From: a virus
Lineage: Duplodnaviria > Caudoviricetes
Virus record (IMG/VR): IMGVR_UViG_3300030708_001073
Span: 1-29,407 of that record
Strand: one strand, 5' to 3'
DNA length: 29,407 nt
The translations under genes were made by a program, and so were the position numbers. The notes beneath the pieces were generated by a model that saw nothing but the letters and a program-made list of their open reading frames with translations, was not told the DNA's origin and searched no databases. Shown one piece after another: positions 16,228-25,470 of the stretch (positions are counted from its first letter, which is position 1; each line of letters starts with the position of its first letter).

Positions 16228-18437
16228 TGGCTACATTTTTTCAAACACCAGGTTCGGGTCAACTTTCCCAAGAAGAATTAGATTTTAAAGGTCTTGATTA
16301 CGACTACACAAAAAAACTAACGCCGGAAGAAGGCTATGAAAACATAAAAAATTTTGTAGCTCCTATCATGCAAAATTTACAAGAAACAGGAGAATCGGTT
16401 CAATACAATAATATTGTAAACATGTCGGGTATTGACGTTCCTAGTTTTGATCAAATTCAAACTATGAATTACGACCAGTTAATGAATCTAAAAAAAGATA
16501 TAGAAGCAAAACAAAAAACAGCATCTTCTAATTCATTTAGCTCTGCTTATGCTATTGCCTTACAACAAATAGAAAAATCTTTATTGAACATGGAAGGCAG
16601 CGAACCAAACGTTGTGTCGTCTGCTAATGACGTTATGACAGATCAAAACACTATAACCAATGCAGAAAACAATGTTATTCAGGCATCAACAGCAGAAGCT
16701 ATAGACAATGAAATACAAAGTGCCATTAATATGTTTGACGTTGCTGCAGAAGAATCTAATAAAATTACTACTGGTGCAGGCTACAATGACGTAGAAAGTG
16801 TTGAACAAGTTAATGTTATAGCTGATGGATCTTTGGTAAATAATAAAGGAGGTACGGATGTTATTGTTAAAGAAGAATTTGAAAAAGGTAAAGGCGAATT
16901 AAATTTAGAAAAAAACGCATCAAACACAGAAGTAACAGAAGAAGACGAGCAAAGTGCTATTGCAAAAATAAAAGAAGAATTAAAACAAGTATTACCAGAA
17001 GAAGAAATACCAACTGACTTATTGCTTTTAAAATTTGGAGCTAATCTTTTGAGAGCAAGAAGTAATAGAAGAGGTGCTTTACCAAAATTTCTTGACGAGT
17101 TAGGACAATCTCTAGCTCCTATTACGGATACATTAATAGCGTACGATCTAAAAAAGAAAGAAGCAGACAGAGCTTTAGCTTTACAGGCGTATGAAATTTA
17201 TGAAGATCAAGCAACAAGAGGAGCAAAACGGTATGAGTTTGAAGATTTATACAACGTTTACGCAGCGGATTATGATCAAAAAGGAGGAGGCATACTAAAA
17301 GGTGGTACTACTTTAGTGGGACAAATAACTACGCCAGCTGAAATGGACTACTACAAAGCAATGCGTTACCCTGACGAAGCTTCAGTAGAAATTGGTATTC
17401 ATACTCAAGAACAATTAGACAATACTCCTGGCCACTTACAAGGCTTACCTATGTTTGTCATGACAAAAACAACAGGAGCTAAGCAAGATTTTGGCAGTCC
17501 TGTTTTTGGTGGCTATGGTAGCGGAGACAAAACAGCAATACGATCGGCTTTTGAATTTGGAGGAATGTTAGAAAGTGGTCTTCGTAACGATGTAAAATTA
17601 TATGCAATGATTGCTCGCGGCTTAGAAGAAGGAAACAAGCCATTAGCCGGTCCTGGTGCACGAATTGCTAGATGGACGCAAGTTACTGCTGGTAAATTAA
17701 ATACAATAGCTAGAACTTTTGGAGTAGATTCAGGTATTCCTATGCTTAACAGATTAGCAGGAGAGGATGATTACCAAAAATTTTATAGTTCAATGAAAGC
17801 AGCAGGTATTGATTTACAACCTGGAGCAATCAAAGCAAGCATAGCCGATGACGTAAAAATGTTGTATCAAAACAATGATGCAATGCTGGACAATGAAATG
17901 CTTTCTAATGAAGAATGGGAGTTTAATAACAAACAAATAAAATTACTTGATCAAATATCAAAAGATATTCAGCAAAGAGATGACTACAACATTGTTGTTT
18001 CCTTAATGCAAAAATCAGCGTTTACAAGAGCTCGTTACTTACAAGGCACAAACAGACTTTTAAAAGACGTTATTGAAGAAGCAAGAAAAATTATGGATGT
18101 ATTAAATAAATCTGAAAGAGAAGCTTTATCAATACTTGGAGAAAACATACAAAACTACACGAGAAAATATAATGAACAATTACAAATTATATACGATCCT
18201 CAAACACAAGCAGAAGAGTATAATAAAAGACAAATTTTTGTTGATAAAAACTATAATGTTATAGGCGGGATGGGTAATACTAATCCAAGTAACATATCTA
18301 GTGACAGTCTATTAGGATCACAAATTAATTTAGATGATGTAAATGTTTCGCAAGATTTAGGGGGTCAAATGGAATTTCAAAGCTTGGAAGATCAATTGAA
18401 CGAGTTTAATATAGAAATGCCTGTGGAGTTAAAATGA
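16227..18437 (+). CDS. Probable internal virion/ejection protein, 736 aa
   Basis: Long, helical, acidic ORF coupled by TAATG; central LLLKFGANLL segment; position in the operon. Confidence 0.55.
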   Translation: MATFFQTPGSGQLSQEELDFKGLDYDYTKKLTPEEGYENIKNFVAPIMQNLQETGESVQYNNIVNMSGIDVPSFDQIQTMNYDQLMNLKKDIEAKQKTASSNSFSSAYAIALQQIEKSLLNMEGSEPNVVSSANDVMTDQNTITNAENNVIQASTAEAIDNEIQSAINMFDVAAEESNKITTGAGYNDVESVEQVNVIADGSLVNNKGGTDVIVKEEFEKGKGELNLEKNASNTEVTEEDEQSAIAKIKEELKQVLPEEEIPTDLLLLKFGANLLRARSNRRGALPKFLDELGQSLAPITDTLIAYDLKKKEADRALALQAYEIYEDQATRGAKRYEFEDLYNVYAADYDQKGGGILKGGTTLVGQITTPAEMDYYKAMRYPDEASVEIGIHTQEQLDNTPGHLQGLPMFVMTKTTGAKQDFGSPVFGGYGSGDKTAIRSAFEFGGMLESGLRNDVKLYAMIARGLEEGNKPLAGPGARIARWTQVTAGKLNTIARTFGVDSGIPMLNRLAGEDDYQKFYSSMKAAGIDLQPGAIKASIADDVKMLYQNNDAMLDNEMLSNEEWEFNNKQIKLLDQISKDIQQRDDYNIVVSLMQKSAFTRARYLQGTNRLLKDVIEEARKIMDVLNKSEREALSILGENIQNYTRKYNEQLQIIYDPQTQAEEYNKRQIFVDKNYNVIGGMGNTNPSNISSDSLLGSQINLDDVNVSQDLGGQMEFQSLEDQLNEFNIEMPVELK

Positions 18438-21343
18438 TAACATACGAAGAATTAGCAAAAGCAAGACAGTTAGGATCAGAGTTACGTGAACAAGGTATTA
18501 ATCCAGCAGATTGGCTACGTCAAACAGACGGAGCACAAAACATAAAACAACAAGCTAACATGCCTGTTAAGGCGCAAGATGGTGTGGAAGTAAAACAACA
18601 AGGCGAACAACTTCCTCAACTAGAAGTAATGGGAGTAAAAATACCAAGAAAAATATTTGGTCTTAATATTGGAACACAGGCGGCTGAAAGTTTTGGAGGT
18701 TCTACAGAAGACGAAGATGTTTTCGATCCTCAAAAACATAAAATGAAACCTAGTCAGGTTAAAAATTTAATTAAAGAAGTTAGCATTAAAGGCATGATGT
18801 TAAACAAATCAGATAAAGACATACTACAAACAATTAATAATGTTGTAGCAGCTGCGGGGTATACTAATGATGAATTGTCTCCAGAAAAAATAAAAGCAAA
18901 AGCTATTAAAGGTTATGAGTTATACAATACAGATCAACCTAATCCTTTCCCTGCTTACAAACTAATAAGTTCTATTATAGGAGGTACGGCAGGAAACATA
19001 GTAGGCGGAAGAACTGGTGCTATGGTAGGAGCTAGAGTTGGAGCTATTGGAGGTCCTTGGGGAATGCTAGCTGGTAGCATGATAGGAGGCACACTTGGTT
19101 ATGTGGGAGCTCTTCTTGGCTATGAACAAACACTTACAAATTTAAATAAAAAAGGAATGCTCTACACTCCTACTTACAATGAGATAGGTGAATTTGTTGG
19201 TAACGTACAAGGTATCAACAGACCAACAAAAGAAAAATTAGTTGAGTATTTAAAACATGAAGCAAAAGTAGACGCAATGTTCCAAGGAGGATTCTTTGCA
19301 GCCCGTCCTGTGTTTAAAGCTTTAGGAATGGGTCTTAGTAATATTGCTCTCGGTGTAGGAAAAAATGAAAGAGCTATGGCAAAGGCTATAAAAGAAACTA
19401 CTGGTATATCTCCTAGTATTGTAGACATTTCTAGATACGATATTATCAGATCAGCGCCTACTGTTATTGGTAGATTACCTTTCTTTAGAAGACCTTTTGT
19501 TAAAGCTGCGGAAGCACAAAAAGAAGCTTTATTAAAAACAGCTAAAGATAAAATATTTTTAGACGGACCTACGTTCTCTTTAGCAGAGTTGGGACACAAC
19601 ATGTCAGTGGTTCGTGATAGAGTTACTAAAAAAATTGTTGATAGTGTTAGTAAAAAGTACGATGATTTTTATACCGCGCTAGGAGACAATCCAGCTATTG
19701 CTTGGCACACAACGAGAGCTAAAGCTGTAGAAGGATTAAAGTTTATGGAAGGTTTAGGTATTCCTCCTGCAGAACTTATGCGAAATAGTTTTTATCAAAA
19801 GATTGCTAACCTTGCAGGTAAACAAGAAATGTCTGTATTTACAGCAGGAGCTCCTTTCACAGCGGCACAATGGAAGCAACAAAGAACTATGTTTACGCAA
19901 GAAATTTTAAATAATCCTACGTTGACTCCTGAAATGAAAGACATAGGGAGAAATGTATTAAGAGGATTAGAAGAAGATTTAGCAAATTTAATTAAAGCAA
20001 ATCCAAACTTATATAAAAATGCGGATAAACTTTTACAAGATGCAGACAAATCATTTAAAAACATGATGATATTGTTTGGAGACCCTACGGTTAAAGAATT
20101 GGGTAAAGATTCTAAATTTGCTTATATTAATATGTTACAGCAACCAGGAAACAAATACAGTTCTGAACTATTAGATAGTGTCCTTAAAGACTTTAGAGAT
20201 CCTGTAGCAATGGAAAGATTACATCAAATACTTGGTGATCAAATGTTTGGTAAAGTAATGAAGGCAAAAGTTTTAGATGCTTTCCAAAATGCATTTACTA
20301 AATCAACAACCAAGCCAGGTCTTACAGATATAAATGAAGACTTCTTTAAAACGTTTGATGATTTAACTTTTAATTCTAATGTATTTAAAAAGTCATTAGG
20401 ATTAGATGAAGTAGGTTTACCATTAAAGAAAAGATTAGATACTTTAATAAGAGGCTTAGAGTTAGGAGCTAAAGGACAAAACTTACCAAACGCTCAACAA
20501 CTATTAAACTTTGCTGACGCCGCACAAACTTTCTTTAATGGAAAAAACATGAACATTAGTACTTTCTTAACAAGAAGAGCTGCGTTAGGTGGCGTTGAAT
20601 CTTTACTTAGAGCTATAGTTCCAGCTGCAGCAATTGGTGGGGGATATAAAGCAGCTATGGTAAGTCCAACGTCTACACTGTTAGGTGTAGGAGCAATGTA
20701 TTATGCAGGTCATATTTTAGCTAGACCTATGTTAGTAGAATCTTTTAAAGAAGCTTTTGAAAGATGGGGTAAAGCAAATGCAGCTGCTGGTACAGGAGCT
20801 TTTAGAAAATCTCTTGAGGCTGCAACGATAGCTTCACAAAGAGCAATAAGAGAATTATTTAGATCTGATGCGGATATACCAGATCAGTTAGATAACCGGT
20901 TCAATTCTATTCAAAACAGAATGGAGTATATTAATGTTGGGGAAGAAGCATTTAATGAAATGAAAGCGCTTACCGATCAAGAACAAGATAAAGACATAAA
21001 TGGTATACTAGGACAAGATTCACAAGAAAAATTAGAAAAAGGAATGATTATTCCTGACGCAAAACCAGGTCAAACATACATTCCTGATGCATCAGAAAAC
21101 GTAAAACCTATCGTTTCACCAGAAGTAAATGCACCTCCAGTAGTGACAAACACTGGTCTTAGTGCTAAAAACAGAGTTGTGAACAATCCTAACAACATTA
21201 TTAACCGAGGAGTTAACACCGTTAATCCAGCCTTTACAGCTGGTATGAAACCAATGAATGTTAATCAAAACTCACGATTAGCTTTGGCAGGTAATGATCC
21301 ATTATTACAGGCAATTGCAATGAAAAACAGGAGAGCAGTCTAA
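18434..21343 (+). CDS. Large ejection/DNA-transfer protein, 969 aa
   Basis: Largest ORF, helical; Gly-zipper hydrophobic segment (IIGGTAG...GAIGGPWGMLAGSMIGGTLG) and a second hydrophobic region near the C-terminus. Confidence 0.6.
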   Translation: MITYEELAKARQLGSELREQGINPADWLRQTDGAQNIKQQANMPVKAQDGVEVKQQGEQLPQLEVMGVKIPRKIFGLNIGTQAAESFGGSTEDEDVFDPQKHKMKPSQVKNLIKEVSIKGMMLNKSDKDILQTINNVVAAAGYTNDELSPEKIKAKAIKGYELYNTDQPNPFPAYKLISSIIGGTAGNIVGGRTGAMVGARVGAIGGPWGMLAGSMIGGTLGYVGALLGYEQTLTNLNKKGMLYTPTYNEIGEFVGNVQGINRPTKEKLVEYLKHEAKVDAMFQGGFFAARPVFKALGMGLSNIALGVGKNERAMAKAIKETTGISPSIVDISRYDIIRSAPTVIGRLPFFRRPFVKAAEAQKEALLKTAKDKIFLDGPTFSLAELGHNMSVVRDRVTKKIVDSVSKKYDDFYTALGDNPAIAWHTTRAKAVEGLKFMEGLGIPPAELMRNSFYQKIANLAGKQEMSVFTAGAPFTAAQWKQQRTMFTQEILNNPTLTPEMKDIGRNVLRGLEEDLANLIKANPNLYKNADKLLQDADKSFKNMMILFGDPTVKELGKDSKFAYINMLQQPGNKYSSELLDSVLKDFRDPVAMERLHQILGDQMFGKVMKAKVLDAFQNAFTKSTTKPGLTDINEDFFKTFDDLTFNSNVFKKSLGLDEVGLPLKKRLDTLIRGLELGAKGQNLPNAQQLLNFADAAQTFFNGKNMNISTFLTRRAALGGVESLLRAIVPAAAIGGGYKAAMVSPTSTLLGVGAMYYAGHILARPMLVESFKEAFERWGKANAAAGTGAFRKSLEAATIASQRAIRELFRSDADIPDQLDNRFNSIQNRMEYINVGEEAFNEMKALTDQEQDKDINGILGQDSQEKLEKGMIIPDAKPGQTYIPDASENVKPIVSPEVNAPPVVTNTGLSAKNRVVNNPNNIINRGVNTVNPAFTAGMKPMNVNQNSRLALAGNDPLLQAIAMKNRRAV

Positions 21344-22191
21344 TGCCGGGCGAAACAGAAAAAACTTTAGAACGTTTTAAAACAAATCCATCCCCATCAA
21401 CAGTAAACATTGGACCTCAAAATCCTCATGGTAATAGTAGTAATGTAGTTACTCAACCAAGTTTATCTTCTCAACAACAACAAAAAGACAAAGAAATGGA
21501 AGAGAAGAAACAACAAATTTTAAACATGGCAACTCACGGTGCGCAACAAGGAGCAGGGGTTGATCGTGAACAAATTGTAGACTTTAGAGAAGAATCTGGA
21601 ATGAGCGGAAGTGATTACATGGATTTTTTAAAAGAAATAAAAAAGAGAAGTCCTTTAGGCTATGATGCGGCAGGTTTTATTTCAGGTCCTTCTAACGCCA
21701 TTCAAAACTTTATAAAAAAGGGTGGTATGCTTGGTAACATTTTAAGTTCTATTTTTGATAAAGGAAAAGAAACAGGAATAGAAGCAATAGAAAAAGTAAA
21801 AGAAGTATTCACTCCAAACGGAGGCGTAACAGAAGTAATGGACGAAGTTCAAGGACCATTAACTGGACCTAATAAATTTCAACAAAATTATTTAATGGGA
21901 GATCCTTTAGGATTGTTTCAACAATTTCTTCCTAATAATTACCCCGCATACTTACCTCAAACTTCTTTAGCATTTCAACAACAATTTGGTCTTCCTACTT
22001 CAGTGGGAAACATGCGATTAGCTAACGGCGGTGGATTGTTTCCACAACCCGCTAACGATCCAATCATAAATTCATTTAACAAGACACCATTATCTGTGTT
22101 AGAATATGCGGGCGGAGGCGTAACACCAAAAAATGCAGCAATTGAATTAGGAATTGTTGAAGACTTTAATGACGGAGTGATGGGCGTATGA
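21343..22191 (+). CDS. Hypothetical (possibly internal virion) protein, 282 aa
   Basis: TAATG coupling and AGGAG SD; low complexity, with LANGG and YAGGG motifs. Confidence 0.6.
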   Translation: MPGETEKTLERFKTNPSPSTVNIGPQNPHGNSSNVVTQPSLSSQQQQKDKEMEEKKQQILNMATHGAQQGAGVDREQIVDFREESGMSGSDYMDFLKEIKKRSPLGYDAAGFISGPSNAIQNFIKKGGMLGNILSSIFDKGKETGIEAIEKVKEVFTPNGGVTEVMDEVQGPLTGPNKFQQNYLMGDPLGLFQQFLPNNYPAYLPQTSLAFQQQFGLPTSVGNMRLANGGGLFPQPANDPIINSFNKTPLSVLEYAGGGVTPKNAAIELGIVEDFNDGVMGV

Positions 22192-22406
22192 GTTTTACCT
22201 TTAAAGACATTGTTTGGATCGTAGGAGTTTTTGTTGCTTTAGGTGTTACTTGGGGCATGACAAGTCAACGAGTAACCGCGATGGAACAAGACATGGATCG
22301 AATGGAAGAGGCTATTCAAATGTTTGTTAAGATCGAAGCAAGAATTGCTGTAATTGAGAACGAAGTTAAAAATATTAATAAAAACCTAGAAAATTTTAGT
22401 AGATAA
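22188..22406 (+). CDS. Small membrane-anchored coiled-coil protein (holin-like candidate)
   Basis: One N-terminal TM segment (IVWIVGVFVALGVTWG) then a heptad coiled coil; last gene of the structural arm. Confidence 0.55.
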   Translation: MSFTFKDIVWIVGVFVALGVTWGMTSQRVTAMEQDMDRMEEAIQMFVKIEARIAVIENEVKNINKNLENFSR

Positions 22407-22425
22407 GAAAATTTTTATCCCGTAA

Positions 22426-22496
22426 AGGTACCTACAATGCAAAGTTTAGGGTGTCCTAGGGTGATTGTACCTGAGAATATAGTTTTTGTCCTGAGA
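22426..22496. repeat. Cluster of short direct repeats and palindromes in the convergent intergenic gap
   Basis: TAGGGTG at 22447 and 22457; CCTGAGA at 22470 and 22490; palindromes AGGTACCT (22426-22433) and CCTAGG (22455-22460). Confidence 0.5.
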
Positions 22497-22509
22497 GCTA
22501 AAAAAAGGG

Positions 22510-22719
22510 CTATAGATCGCATTTTAGTGTATAGAGCAAAGAATTGGGCTGTGTTTTCTTAAATTCGTTATACAGCCAGGTGCAATACTCATTACTCATG
22601 TCTCCTCCTGTATAATCGTCCACTTTACAGTCACGCATGAACGTTTGATACGGAGAAAAATAAATAAACATGCCAACACAAATTAAAATTGTCACGCAAA
22701 TTAAAATTATTTTTATCAA
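22510..22719 (-). CDS. Small membrane-anchored hypothetical protein, 69 aa
   Basis: TTG start overlapping the upstream stop (TTGA); N-terminal hydrophobic helix; Cys pair. Confidence 0.6.
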   Translation of the reverse strand: MIKIILICVTILICVGMFIYFSPYQTFMRDCKVDDYTGGDMSNEYCTWLYNEFKKTQPNSLLYTLKCDL

Positions 22720-22934
22720 GATTTAAAAATAGAAAACATACCAGACTCTAAACACCATGTTTGCACAAACAATGTTTCATGTCCTTGCTCCAAAGCAATT
22801 TTATGTAATTCATTTTCTATTTCAATTCGCCTGTCTTCACATTTAGTTTCATCAAGCCAAACTTCCGCTTGATGTTTTACCGAAGGCCAACCAGGCATTG
22901 TTACCATAGAAATTAACAACCATATTTTAATCAT
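22716..22934 (-). CDS. Small hypothetical protein, 72 aa
   Basis: ATGA coupling; hydrophobic N-terminus MIKIWLLISMV; KCE...WC Cys pair. Confidence 0.65.
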   Translation of the reverse strand: MIKIWLLISMVTMPGWPSVKHQAEVWLDETKCEDRRIEIENELHKIALEQGHETLFVQTWCLESGMFSIFKS

Positions 22935-23590
22935 CTAAGTCCTAACTTACTTCTGAAAATATTTATCTTATCGAAATGTTCTGGTTTAATTTCGTAGATA
23001 TTGTTTTCTTTACAGAAGCGTATCGCACTTTTAAAATGATTCCAAGCTTTTATTAATTCTCTGCCCTCCAACTCAAATTTTTGTAGGTGTAAATTTTGTG
23101 CACACATCAAAACAATGCCCTTTTTTATTTTAGGTTTGTCAGGAAATGTTTGATTATGGGCCATCACATAAGCAGCTAACTGGCACATATACTTCCAGCA
23201 CCACTCTTTTCGTTTAGGTTTGTTTGCTTGTTTAAAATCTATAACAACGGGTTGATGATAATAAATTCCTGCTAAATCCAACCTACCGTGATAATGATCG
23301 CCAAATTTTAATTTAGATTCCATGTGCCAACAATCTTCTAACTTATGTTTGATAGCATGGTCGTATATTTTTTGTGCCATCTTACGACCCAACACACCTT
23401 CTTCTGTTAGATCCACACAATCTTTTTCATCACCGATCCAATGTTCTAAAAATTTATGCATAGCGGTTCCTATAGAAGCTGATCGTTTACTTATTCTTTC
23501 TGCCTCTTCGTGTCCTACTCTTTCTCTCCATTTTTGTAAGGCCTCTGGATTGTCTAAGACTTGTAAAATTTTAGATATGGATACACTCAC
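22931..23590 (-). CDS. PD-(D/E)XK exonuclease (RecB/Cas4/MGME1-like)
   Basis: LQKWRERVG...GTAMHKFLE...E...GRLD...VIDFK...QLAAY; GTG start overlapping the polymerase stop. Confidence 0.85.
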   Translation of the reverse strand: MSVSISKILQVLDNPEALQKWRERVGHEEAERISKRSASIGTAMHKFLEHWIGDEKDCVDLTEEGVLGRKMAQKIYDHAIKHKLEDCWHMESKLKFGDHYHGRLDLAGIYYHQPVVIDFKQANKPKRKEWCWKYMCQLAAYVMAHNQTFPDKPKIKKGIVLMCAQNLHLQKFELEGRELIKAWNHFKSAIRFCKENNIYEIKPEHFDKINIFRSKLGLR

Positions 23591-25467
23591 ATAGAGTCTC
23601 CCCAGTTATCTCCTAACTCTGCGTCCACCTTACTAGGTACAAGTAAACTACACGCATTTTCCATTATCTCTACAACTCGTTTAGCTGTTTTGTCATCTGG
23701 CACCGATACCGCTATCTCATCGTGTATTTGTATTAACGGTAAGATACCTTCTGCATATAGATCTACCATTGCTTGTTTGGTTTGATCCGCTGCCGATCCT
23801 TGTATCAATTTATTAAATGCTGTGTAAGTAAATGCTCTGCGTATAGAAGATCCATATTCTTCTTCTGCTCTTTGTTTAGGCAGTGGTTGTACATAAGGTA
23901 TGGGTTCTCCTGGTTCTCTTTTTTTAAATGGAGTTATGGGTTCCCATAAATTAAACCGGCATTTACGTAACATAATAGTTCTTACAAAACCTTTGTTCTC
24001 TCCTCTACGACTAGCTTGTTCGGTTGCCATGTCTTTTAATTTTTTAACAAAAGGTACACTGGCGTGATATTCTTTAAAAAAGTCATAAGCTTCATCATCA
24101 GGTATGCCAAGTTCCCTGGCTAACTTCCCCTGGCCCATGCCATAAGCTAAACCTAAATTAATAGTCTTTGCTTTTTTACGTTCCACTCCTGCCATGTCTG
24201 CTACCTGTTGATGGAAGTCTGTTGTAGGATCATTTATGTATGCTTCTGCTAATTCTTTTGCTCCTTCAAGTTCATGTTTAACTGCAAAGTGTGCCATTAA
24301 TCGTGGCTCCTGCTGACTGTAATCAAAAGATCCCCATCGGTGTCCTTCTTCAGGAATAAATAAACTTCGTATTGCTGGGCCTATCTTTGGATGTCTTGCA
24401 GGTATTTGTTGTAAATTTGGATTTGACATACTTAATCTGCCCGACACCGTACCGCCTTTATCTCCTCTTAATTGATGTATTTCTGCGTGTATTCTTCCTT
24501 TATGAGAATGTTTTAATATTGTGTCAATAAATGTAGTTCTTGCTTTGTTGATCTCTCTTGCCTCAACAACCATTTTAGCTAAATCAGATTCATGATTAGA
24601 CAAAAATCCTTTATCAAACTTTGGTTGTTTACTCTTTACTGTTCTTTCGTACGGAATGTTAAGTGCATCAAAAGCTTTCGCAACACTTGCCGCAGCCCAA
24701 ATATCAACTGCAACCCCCGTATCTTGTAATATTTTATCAAGTATCTTCTTCTCTGTATTCTCAAAATCTTTTTTAATAATTTCTGCTCTGTCAAGATCAA
24801 CTCTCACTCCTTTAGATTTCATTTCAAATAAAACAGGAAACAAACTTGTTTCTAAATCAAAAACTTGCCTTAACCCATCTTCTTCTATTTGATTTTTTAA
24901 TACGTCCCATAACTTTATTGTTAAGTCTGCGTCTTTTTCTGCATAAGGACCTACAACCATAGCAGGCAGTTTATGCATCTCACCTTTTGCATCAGTGCCC
25001 CATTCAGCAGCGGCTTCATACAAACCTGTTTCGTATTTCTTTTCTTTTAAATAATCTTTTGCTAATTCATTTAAAGAATAACGTAATCTGTTTTCATCTA
25101 TAAGAGGAGCGGCTATCATTGTATCAACAATTTTTCCTCTAACTTCTAGCCCCCATTGGCGCATCCAACCAACATCATACATTCCATTATGAAAAACTTT
25201 TGTATTATCTTTATCTAATATTTTTTTAAAATTTCTTTTAAAAACGTTTGCATCTATGTTTGGTCCTACTTCATGTCCAACAGGGAAATAACCTTTCCAA
25301 CCATTAGCAGCTATTGCTACTCCTATGACCTTTCCGTTATCTGTCGCCCATCCTGGACCTTTTGTTTTTATTTCTGGATCGTAAGTTTCTAAGTCTATCG
25401 CTACAACGTCAGACTCATAAACAAATTCTGGTATCTCCTTGGGAGGTACCCATTCTATTTCTGCCAT
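23587..25467 (-). CDS. polA: Phage family A DNA polymerase with 3'-5' exonuclease, no 5' nuclease domain
   Basis: Exo motifs AIDLET, FHNGMYD, YAEKDA; GRLSMSNPNLQQIP; motif A DYSQQEPR, motif B RKKAKTINLGLAYG, IQGSAAD, motif C QIHDEI. Confidence 0.95.
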   Translation of the reverse strand: MAEIEWVPPKEIPEFVYESDVVAIDLETYDPEIKTKGPGWATDNGKVIGVAIAANGWKGYFPVGHEVGPNIDANVFKRNFKKILDKDNTKVFHNGMYDVGWMRQWGLEVRGKIVDTMIAAPLIDENRLRYSLNELAKDYLKEKKYETGLYEAAAEWGTDAKGEMHKLPAMVVGPYAEKDADLTIKLWDVLKNQIEEDGLRQVFDLETSLFPVLFEMKSKGVRVDLDRAEIIKKDFENTEKKILDKILQDTGVAVDIWAAASVAKAFDALNIPYERTVKSKQPKFDKGFLSNHESDLAKMVVEAREINKARTTFIDTILKHSHKGRIHAEIHQLRGDKGGTVSGRLSMSNPNLQQIPARHPKIGPAIRSLFIPEEGHRWGSFDYSQQEPRLMAHFAVKHELEGAKELAEAYINDPTTDFHQQVADMAGVERKKAKTINLGLAYGMGQGKLARELGIPDDEAYDFFKEYHASVPFVKKLKDMATEQASRRGENKGFVRTIMLRKCRFNLWEPITPFKKREPGEPIPYVQPLPKQRAEEEYGSSIRRAFTYTAFNKLIQGSAADQTKQAMVDLYAEGILPLIQIHDEIAVSVPDDKTAKRVVEIMENACSLLVPSKVDAELGDNWGDSM

Positions 25468-25470
25468 ATA

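Noticed and set aside
22188-22406. Complete lysis cassette
   Set aside because: No endolysin or spanin motifs recognised in the window; the holin call rests on size and one TM helix only.
22931-23590. CRISPR-Cas association of the Cas4-like nuclease
   Set aside because: No array or other cas genes, and it lacks the Cas4 four-Cys cluster pattern; an ordinary phage replication exonuclease is sufficient.
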